Positions 1-8,080 are shown, counted from the first letter of the stretch. The stretch: DNA of 10,064 nt from Octopus sinensis (GCF_006345805.1 NW_021827697.1:1-10064), one strand, 5' to 3'. The notes: a model not told the origin generated them from the letters alone. Made by a program: numbers and translations.

Positions 1-1
1 A

Positions 2-355
2 AGGCTGCTGCGTGAGGCCGGCCGCGAGGTGTTCCCTACTGCGGCCGGTCAAGTGTGTCCGGTGATGCACGAGGCCCGGATGGGAGGCGGCCGCTGCCGC
101 CGCTGCTGCCGCAGACACATGAGAAGACAAGAGGGCCGATGTGGTGTGCAATGTGTATCGAGAATCGTCCACCAGTAATGCTGCATCCTCGTTGTTTACC
201 ATACCAAGAATATTTCGAATGGAATGTGGCGTTGGTTGTTTGGGAGGTTTTTCGTAAATGTGTGGATGCCAAGTCCGAGGGGTTGTGTACAGTTTTGGGG
301 TCGCACCGAACATGTGCGATAGGCCCATTGCGTGAGGATCTATCCCACAATACAT
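2..355 (-). CDS. 5' part of a coding exon (runs off the window) of a probable developmental transcriptional repressor, likely homeobox (ANTP/NKL-like); family not assigned
   Basis: Hand translation from ATG at 355 gives 118 stop-free codons: MYCGIDPHAMGLSHMFGATPKLYTTPRTWHPHIYEKPPKQPTPHSIRNILGMVNNEDAALLVDDSRYTLHTTSALLSSHVSAAAAAAAAASHPGLVHHRTHLTGRSREHLAAGLTQQP. An in-frame TAA lies upstream at 403-401. GC rises sharply below 355. PTPHSIRNILG resembles the eh1 Groucho-binding motif, and a mixed-codon Ala9 run is present. No homeodomain is visible inside the window. Confidence 0.75.
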   Translation of the reverse strand, partial: MYCGIDPHAMGLSHMFGATPKLYTTPRTWHPHIYEKPPKQPTPHSIRNILGMVNNEDAALLVDDSRYTLHTTSALLSSHVSAAAAAAAAASHPGLVHHRTHLTGRSREHLAAGLTQQP

Positions 356-927
356 TATGATTAATATTGTTATTAGTATTATTATAAATGATAATTCTTT
401 TTAACCTGAATTTACAAATTTTGCTTCTTTCAATTAAATTAATGTTATTATTATTATTATTATTATTACAATATTATTTCTTTGAATTTTTATATATTAT
501 CTCGGTTCTTTCATTTTAATAACATTTTTCAGAGAGCCTTTCAAATTATTCTTTATGAGGTCCTTTAGAATGAAGGCCTCCCTTGTTATATAATGATTTT
601 GATTTTTTTCTCTTTATGTAGTTCTTTCTTTGATTATTGTTTTGTTAAGGTTATTCATATATGCTCTATATGTCTGTGTAAATAACCTTTGTGGTTTTAA
701 ATATACGCATAGATATGTTTATAGATATATATTTATATATAATATTATATTATATTACATTATCGTATATTACATTGCATTATATTTTACATATAGTTAT
801 ATTGATCCGCTGTTTTTTTTGTTGTGTTTTTTTTTTTCTTTAGTTATCCGGATGGCTTCAAAAGGCTACGGGCGTGATCCTCTCTTCCTGGGAGTGATTC
901 GTATGTTGAAATATAGAGGAAATAGAC

Positions 928-952
928 CTGAAACGAAAGGAAAGAAGAAAAA
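928..952 (-). other. Candidate 3' splice acceptor upstream of the minus-strand CDS (putative 5'UTR exon starting at 927)
   Basis: Minus strand reads TTTTTCTTCTTTCCTTTCGTTTCAG|GTCTAT, a long pyrimidine tract plus CAG. The next ~90 nt are higher complexity and contain no ATG. Confidence 0.45.
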
Positions 953-1154
953 TTATAAACAACAGAAAACGCATTAAGGATTTGGTTGAATGTGGGCGTG
1001 TGTGAGTTTGAATTTGTGTTGGAGTGTGTATATGTAACAGTGTTTTGAGTGTACACGAGTGTATGTATATATATATATATTATACATACATATATATATA
1101 TTATACATACATACATATATGTGTATGTGAGTGTATGCATGCATGTATGTATGC

Positions 1155-1542
1155 ATGTATATAAAAGGTAATACAAAAAATGGGACAAGAACGCAAAACA
1201 TCCAGACAGATGATACAAAAAGGACAAGAAAAACAAGGACGGGTCCTTCGGAGCTTTCGTTCCTCAGTCGAGTTCCAGATTATCTTTGCAATTTCGGCTG
1301 GTTATACTCGAAATTGCTCCAATCTGGCCAGCCCCAAGGAAAAACTAAGCTAAAAGCACTGGCCAGATTGGGGCAATCTCAAGTATAACCACCCGAAATT
1401 GCAAAGATGATTTGGAACTCTACTGAGGAAAGAAAACTACGAATGACCCGTCCTTGTTTTTTCTTGTCCCTTTTTTTGTAGCTTCTAGCAGTCTGGATGT
1501 TTTGCGTTCTTGCTCCATTTTTCTATTCCCTTTTATATACAT
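1155..1542. mobile_element. Foldback / MITE-like long inverted repeat (arms ~1155-1331 and ~1359-1542, 27-nt loop)
   Basis: The inner 101 bp of the arms align with 11 mismatches (AAACAAGGACGGGTC...CAATCTGGCCAG). The outer parts align with small indels. Ends are ATGTATATAAAAGG...CCTTTTATATACAT, embedded in TA/TATG repeats. The inverted repeat is certain; the element class is inference. Confidence 0.8.
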
Positions 1543-1570
1543 ATGGCGGCATACGTACACTTTGGTCTCA

Positions 1571-1640
1571 TATGTATGTATGTATTATGTATGTATGTAT
1601 GTATGTATGTATGTATGTATGTATGTATGTATGTATGTAT
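1571..1640. repeat. (TATG)n microsatellite
   Basis: Direct reading. Confidence 0.95.
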
Positions 1641-1729
1641 ATAGAATTCAGCATGTGCAACGGTTAATTCCGACACATTTTCCCTCACTCCGTTTATATA
1701 TATATTTTCATTCTGTTTTCTCTTCTCAT

Positions 1730-1768
1730 TCTTTTCTGTAGAGGAACTTAGGCTCGAAACGTCAAAGA
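1730..1768 (+). ncRNA. Degenerate minimal hammerhead-like motif (Penelope pLTR type)
   Basis: CTGTAGA-G-GAAC-TTAG-GCTC-GAAA-CG-TC-AAAG. The core is close to CUGANGA...GAAA, with palindromic ACGT at helix III and TTTT/AAAG as helix I. A6 is substituted and helix II is imperfect. Confidence 0.3.
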
Positions 1769-1858
1769 CTTCTTTAATTTCTCCAGAGTGTCAAACTGAT
1801 TCACTTTGTTGTTTCCTCACCCGTCTCTGTCTATCGTTTTGTTTGTACCACTATGAAC

Positions 1859-1861
<3 letters not shown>

Positions 1862-1944
<83 letters not shown>
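1862..1944. repeat. (TA)n microsatellite
   Basis: Direct reading. Confidence 0.95.
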
Positions 1945-1947
<3 letters not shown>

Positions 1948-2211
1948 GGTGCATGACTCCGTGGTTAGAGCACCGGGCTCATTATCATGAGTTAGTGAGT
2001 TCAATTCTGGATTGGCTCGTGTGTTGCTCCAGTTCACTGAGCTTTAGAAATAAGTTGCATCGGTTTTTGTCGTTCCCTTGGGTAACATTGGTGACGAGGA
2101 GGAGAGAGGCTGGAATGCATGGGCGATTGCTGGTCTTCCATAAACAACCTTACCTGGACTTGTGCCTCGGAAGGTAACTTTCTAGGTGCAATCTCATGGT
2201 CGTTCATGACC
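1948..2211 (+). mobile_element. tRNA-derived SINE
   Basis: A-box-like TGACTCCGTGGTTAGAG (1954-1970) and B-box-like GAGTTCAATTC (1997-2007). The body matches my recollection of an abundant octopus SINE (not database-checked). Confidence 0.7.
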
Positions 2212-2234
2212 ATGGGATTGCACCTGGACAAACT

Positions 2235-2375
2235 GATAAAAATGTGGTTCGCAACCACGAGGACCTGGGTTCGATTCTACAGCGTGAAATCTTGAACAAA
2301 TATCCTTTTCGATGACCTCTAGTTGACCAAGATGTTGTGAGAGAAACTGGGTAGACAGCTACTGTATAGACGACC
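2235..2375 (+). mobile_element. Decayed tRNA-derived SINE fragment
   Basis: B-box-like GGTTCGATTC (~2268-2277). The body loosely matches the reverse complement of 9990-10064. Confidence 0.45.
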
Positions 2376-2723
2376 CTCGGGTACTTTCTACCCGTAAATT
2401 CAATGATTACAGCCTTGTCACACTCTGTCACGCTGATTCAATAAGAGAATTATACTAAGGGTACATTATGGGTAGATTAAGGTTAAACAACCAAAGAAAT
2501 GTATTCAGGAGAGTGCCCAGACATAGATGCGGCCCGGTGTCCTCAGAATGTTGAGAGTTAAGAGCAGAAACACTTGCATGAGGGTCTTTTTTTTCTATGA
2601 ATCCCTTCAGTTGTCCAGCTCTCCTTAGCATTCCTCAGTGTCGACAGGAGTAAGATAAATCAGTTGAACGTGTATCAAAAAGAAGCCACATCGGAGATTC
2701 GCCATTTATAGCGTCTATATATG

Positions 2724-2725
<2 letters not shown>

Positions 2726-2759
<34 letters not shown>
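2726..2759. repeat. (GT)n microsatellite
   Basis: Direct reading. Confidence 0.95.
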
Positions 2760-2762
<3 letters not shown>

Positions 2763-2852
2763 ACGAGTAACGGATGACAGAAATAGGGAGTACCACGAAT
2801 GATACCTCCTCCAAAACTAGTTACATATACTAGTTTTGACCAGTTTTTTTTT

Positions 2853-3075
2853 CTACCCACAAGGGGCTAAACACAGAGAGCGCAAACAAGGACAGACAAA
2901 CGGATTAAGTCGATTATATCGACCCCAGTGCGTAACCGGTACTTATTTAATCGACCCCGAAAGGATGAAAAGCAAAATCGACCTCGGCGGAATTTGAACT
3001 CAGAACGTAACGGCAGAAGAAATACCGCTAAGCATTTCGTTCGGCGTGCTAACGCTTCTGTCAGCTCACCGCCTT
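2853..3075 (-). mobile_element. tRNA-derived SINE, near full length
   Basis: The minus strand starts AAGGCGGTGAGCTGACAGAAGCGTTAGCA (A-box-like), carries B-box GAGTTCAAATTCC (3001-2989), and ends before an A-run. It is homologous to copies at 3230-3321 and 3444-3606 in this window. Confidence 0.8.
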
Positions 3076-3229
3076 ACACATACGAAACACGTATGTTATC
3101 AGCTGTGCCATGATAAAATGACCATTATGGTGATGGCATCGATTACACAACAAGAATAGCAACAACAACAATAACAATATTAAATAACTATTGTCTGTAA
3201 TTTAAGCACGAGGCCAGCAATTTCCACTT

Positions 3230-3321
3230 CAATCAACTCCAGTACATGTCTGGTACTTTGTTTTATCGACCTCAGAATGAAGAGTACAACAGATGATCAC
3301 GGCGGAATTTGTACCCAGATC
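3230..3321 (-). mobile_element. SINE fragment related to 2853-3075
   Basis: CCAGTACATGTCTGGTACTTTGTTTTATCGACC...GGCGGAATTTGTACCCAGA aligns with CCAGTGCGTAACCGGTACTTATTTAATCGACC...GGCGGAATTTGAACTCAGA. Confidence 0.6.
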
Positions 3322-3443
3322 ATGAAAAGCAAACTCTGCGATGTATTTTTTTTCGGCGCTCAACTGATTCTGCCAAATCAATCCCTCATAATAATAATTC
3401 TTCCCAGTTTTGCCAGAAAGTCAATAAATTTGAAGGGAAAAGT

Positions 3444-3606
3444 ATATCGATTATATCGTCCCCTGAATTGTCACTGGTGCTTTATTTTTATCAACTTCGA
3501 AAGATGGAAGGCAAAGTTGACATTTGGCGGGATTCGAACTCAGAATGTAACGAGCCAGACGATATGCTGCCAAACATTTTGTCCGATGCGCGAGCGATTC
3601 TCCCAA
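3444..3606 (-). mobile_element. Diverged SINE copy related to 2853-3075, truncated just before its 5' end
   Basis: ATCGATTATATCG...GGCGGGATTCGAACTCAGAATGTAA...AAACATTTTGTCCG aligns with the 2853-3075 copy; similarity stops at ~3606. Confidence 0.65.
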
Positions 3607-6320
3607 GAGGTAGCTTGGATTAAGAAGAACATCCTGGCAGAGGTACAACTGGTGTAGATGTTGCTGAACCATTTTTGCGAAGTGAAACACTGAATTTGGA
3701 ATGTCCGAGCTAAGACACCATCCCTTAGATGCAAAGGCGTGACGGACGGCCATGTGACAGCCATTTCATAAGTTCATATGGCAGAACCACGATGTTAAAC
3801 AAGCGAAGCTACAATGCAGTCTCTGACGGACCATGATTGGTACATGTCATGTAAATCAAGACGGTTTGTCAGAGACTCTCTGGGGAAAAGCGGCCGAATG
3901 GAGATGCTGGGCGTCTGTGTCTATCTGACGCGAATATCACCGGAGAGAGCAGAGAGCTGTGAAAATCAGACACAGAGAACTGAGTCACGTGAGTCGATGA
4001 GAAGTTATCGTAGGGGGATCTATTCGTCTAGCTTCAATGGCTTGCTCTATAAATTTTACACATACGTGAACAGCTAGACTTTGTTGACGTTCTGGAGCTG
4101 TTGTAATGTGATGCGATCTGTCAAAGTACCGTTAATATTTTCAGGCCCGTAACTCTGCTGAGTGACAGTTTAAGAATTTGGTCAATATCTGCCGCAGAAG
4201 TTACTGTTTGTCGTTGACAAATCGCCGGGAATGCACAGAACTGTTTATATCCCGAAAGCTCCATCAATCCATGACAAACTTCAATTTATGCAATGAATAG
4301 CAGATACGACAGGTAACAAACGTAACTTGGATAGTCTCCGTTCAATTCGGACCAATCGAAATTTTTGACTTTGTTGAGTGACCATTGCTACCTTGTGGCT
4401 ATCCTCAGTGCAGCTGGCTTTAGTCCTAATATCAGGTGCCAGATCGCGGCTTTCTATATTGTCATTGGCTTGGTGGTCAGAATAAACTACCATCAATTGG
4501 ATTGGTTCGAATCACACGCTCTCTTCGTCAAGTTTGTCCTTTCTCTTCATTTCTGAAAGTTTCGACTCCTAAACCAGGAGATATTGAAAAGTAACCCACA
4601 GGAACTTAAATTCGAGCTTTTCTCGAATGTGTGCCCGCGTGAACGACAGCGTGATAGAATCCTAGAATACTTGGTAATAGGTACCGTATTGAAAGAATTC
4701 AATGGTAGGGATTAGCATTAGAAGCACGTTTATTCCAGGGATTGTAAACCCGGCAAGTGATTTTGTAACTCGACATCCAGAGAAACAAAACCCAGAAGAC
4801 ACATAAATCACTGAATCGAAATTCTGGTTACAAGGAATTTAGTTTGACCTGGGCTTCCAGGTGGAAAAAGGTCGAGGTTATAAACAGGATGTGTAGTCTT
4901 TCTCAGAAATAAGCAGAGAGCAAGATTTCATTGAAAAGTCGGACAAGAGGTAAAGAATACTTATATCGCCACCTTTATATTATTTAGCACGTTAATGCCA
5001 TGTCTTGTTTTTGTTCACGTCTGACCAGATGAGAACCTATGTCCTTTCACTTCTTGTGGAAGAAAGGAGTTCCATCAATGGTTTGGTGCTTCATCTACTG
5101 CCAACATCTGGGGGTTCATCTTCTGCAGACATCAGTACGGTGAACCCCGTGGCTGGAACTGCGCATCTATACGCTGAAGCTGCGGTTCCTGATAAGCAAC
5201 AGGCGTGGTTACCGTTTGTCAGTTACGTCTTCTTACAGATCCTCTCTTTGACGGAGCTACAATCCTGATTTTATAGACGACTAAGATTGAGCTTATGACG
5301 TCTAGAATCTTACCAAGCGTCCTAAGTCCTCAATCCGTTGGATGATGCTACTGCTGAAGGTCGACGTTTCCATTGTACAGAGAACTGATAAAACTGATAT
5401 AAGCGATAAAACTTTGGGGAAATTCTGGACGAAAATGAACTGAACTATGTTTACCCAAAATCTTTTTGCTCGGACTATTTCCAGAACATTCTGACCTGGC
5501 AGTGCTACCAGGGCATTTTAAAGGAAGTACCGAATCAGTGTACCGTTAAGCGAACTCTATCCGCGATGTGTGGAGGGCGACAAAACCATCAGTGCACCTA
5601 TGTCGTAAGAGTGTCCAAGTATCGTTTAAACGTGGAGCTAATTGCAACTTGTAGGACAACTACAGCCGAGTTGATGTTTAGGATTGCTCTGCCATCTTTT
5701 CCACCGGAGTGGGGACAGTTTTCGTCAGCCTGATCGCTCTACAATTAAGCGGTACTTGGACATTGTTACGAGATACGTGCACTGGCGGTTTCTTCGTCCA
5801 GCGCACATCGCGGATGATGTCCTCTTAACGGTACAGTGATGGGAAAGTTCCTTCAGCGTGACCTAGTAGCACTGCCAGGTCAGAACTTTCTGGAAATTGT
5901 GAAAGAGTAATGTGAATGAAGTCTCTATGCCATATACTTTCTTTTTCGACTCAGCATTTCACCAAATTTATCAAGCACAACTCGGAAAGAAGGAAGTGAC
6001 CGTGAGGAGGGCAGTACAGCCGTCCATTATATTTGGTTTAGGTTGGTAAGAAGGGCGGGTGCGGCCCATATGAATAGATTTATGTACCTGTATATCGGAG
6101 ACTAGCGTTAGCGGTAGGGAGAGGTTTCTCGATAGCAAGACGAATTCGAAATACGCTGGGTTACTCGACTCGAGCAACATTATCGAACTTGCTAGTCGCT
6201 CATTGGGAGGCATTTTTCTTTCATGCTCCCGAATAAAGTTTACAAGTATCGGTGGGAACTTGTAAATGTTATGGGCACAGCTCCTTCTTCCTCCAGACTT
6301 AGACTTAGCCCCACAAAAAT
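3607..6320. other. High-complexity island of unknown origin (possibly a very old decayed retroelement)
   Basis: Roughly 40-50% GC by eye, CpG-rich and microsatellite-free, unlike its flanks. All frames are broken by stops. Only weak retroelement-like peptide fragments are visible, e.g. FIPGIVNPASDFVTRHP at 4729-4779. Confidence 0.5.
5474..5900. repeat. Gap-free diverged inverted repeat: 167-bp arms (5474-5640, 5734-5900), 93-nt spacer
   Basis: Base-by-base alignment: position i pairs with 11374-i throughout, with 38 mismatches in 167 (77% identity) and no indels. Confidence 0.95.
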
Positions 6321-6456
6321 GTAAAACTAACAAAAAGGCAACAAAGACAAAAGGTGAAAAGAAAATGTGAAATTTACTTTCATATTTTGTATCAGATGAC
6401 TAACCCCACCGTTAGACTCCACCGAAAAATAATTTGCCTTGTGGCAGTAGTAGAGA

Positions 6457-6524
6457 ACTACTACTACTACTACCAATACTACTACTACTGCTACAGCCGC
6501 TGCTACTGCTGCTGTTGTTGTTGT
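6457..6524. repeat. Compound (TAC)n/(TGC)n/(TGT)n microsatellite
   Basis: Direct reading. Confidence 0.9.
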
Positions 6525-6883
6525 CAAGTTTACGATTACAACATGCAACAATAAAAAAATTACAATGATAAAGGTGCTGATAATCACACACACACACGCA
6601 CGCACTCACAGACACACACACGTACACAAGCTTATGTAGTTTCAAATATTGGTTTAGTTTTACTTTATACACATTTTATGCGTGCGAACAAGTCCGAAAA
6701 TACATATACATATATTACATTATACATGTATATAATTCTTCACATGGACCTCGAACCCACAAGAGTAAACAAGAGAGACAGAGAAAGGCAGAAACAAGGA
6801 AAATGCCACTTGTATTTGAACACTATACAAATATTCTTTTAAAAAAAGTTTTCTTTTGATTCTTCTAAATTTAATTATTTAAT

Positions 6884-6930
6884 CGTTACAGTTGAAAAGG
6901 TCTCAAATGACCGAAAACGGTACTGAAATG
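6884..6930 (+). ncRNA. Degenerate minimal type-I hammerhead-like motif (Penelope type)
   Basis: Helix I CGTTACAG/CTGAAATG (7 of 8 pairs), core TTGAAAA (vs CUGANGA), helix II GGTC-TCAAAT-GACC, then GAAA-ACGG-T-A. Topology is complete, with two core substitutions (C3, G8). Confidence 0.5.
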
Positions 6931-6974
6931 TTCTTTATAAAATTATTTTAGCATTTTCTATCTTGACTTGTTTT

Positions 6975-6978
<4 letters not shown>

Positions 6979-7029
<51 letters not shown>

Positions 7030-7064
7030 ATATATATATACATATTTATATATATATGTATATA

Positions 7065-7123
<59 letters not shown>

Positions 7124-7387
7124 TTATTATATATGTATATATATATCTTATACAGGCATACAAACATGCACACGTGTGAGTGTATGTCTGTATGTATATA
7201 TATATATATAATATGTGTGTGTGTGTGTGTGTATGTGTGTATTCTATCGCACACACGTGCAGATACATACATATAGCTATAGATGAAAATACGTGTATAC
7301 ATTCACCTTCCTTTGAGCATGACTGCGTGGTTAGTAATAAAAATAAATAATTATACATGCAGGCCTATATGTATATAATATATAATA

Positions 7388-7444
<57 letters not shown>

Positions 7445-7509
7445 CATATATAACACACACAAATATATACACATATATACTAAGACACACATATACACAT
7501 GCATTTCTC

Positions 7510-7557
<48 letters not shown>

Positions 7558-7623
7558 TATAATAATATTATATATTGTATATATATATATGTATAGACAT
7601 ACATACATACATACATACATACA

Positions 7624-7656
<33 letters not shown>

Positions 7657-7761
7657 TCATGATCATTTCATCCCTCCTTTTTCCCTCTTTCGCAAACACT
7701 GTCTCACCTCCTCCCTCCCTTCTCTCCTACCATTGTATTATCATTACTATTATCATTATCG

Positions 7762-7849
<88 letters not shown>

Positions 7850-8036
7850 CATTATTTTTCTTCCATTTTTTTTTCTTTTTTCACAATTTTTTCTCGTCAG
7901 TAAATTCTTTTCAGTGAAGAAATCAAACTTTGTTCCTTAAATGTCGTGCTATTTAAATTTGAAACGCTCACGAAAGCGTTTGTTAATTATCGCAATGCTG
8001 ATAATCATTATTATTCTAATGATGAACAATATTGAG

Positions 8037-8080
<44 letters not shown>

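Noticed and set aside
36-360. Track ORFs 36..350(-) and 55..360(+)
   Set aside because: Shadow frames over the motif-bearing minus frame 355-2; no recognisable motifs.
1423-1440. CTGAGGA...GAAA inside the foldback as a hammerhead core
   Set aside because: Only 2 nt separate the core halves, so there is no helix II.
630-1741. Track ORFs built on TA/TATG repeats and the foldback
   Set aside because: Low-complexity YI/CMY translations or repeat-derived sequence; no protein-like content.
3981-3995. Overlapping TGAGTCA (AP-1) and CACGTG (E-box)
   Set aside because: Short motifs with no supporting context.
3914-4079. Array of short hairpins at ~100-nt spacing (3914-3977, 4026-4079)
   Set aside because: 8-9 bp stems are expected by chance, and the units do not align with one another.
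3614-4135. 173-codon plus frame whose only internal stops are 10 TGA (recoding or alternative genetic code?)
   Set aside because: Reading TGA as Trp gives about 9% Trp and no recognisable protein; TG-rich, TA-poor composition and multiple frames tested can explain it.
4261-5430. Repeated 8-10-mers (CCATCAAT x3, GAAATTCTGG x2, AGCACGTT x2)
   Set aside because: Flanks do not align; the counts match random expectation for 2.7 kb.
3640-6250. A coherent BEL/Pao, Gypsy or Copia pol gene
   Set aside because: Peptide echoes of all three classes could be found by eye, in inconsistent order and spacing, which points to over-reading. Kept only as a low-confidence possibility.
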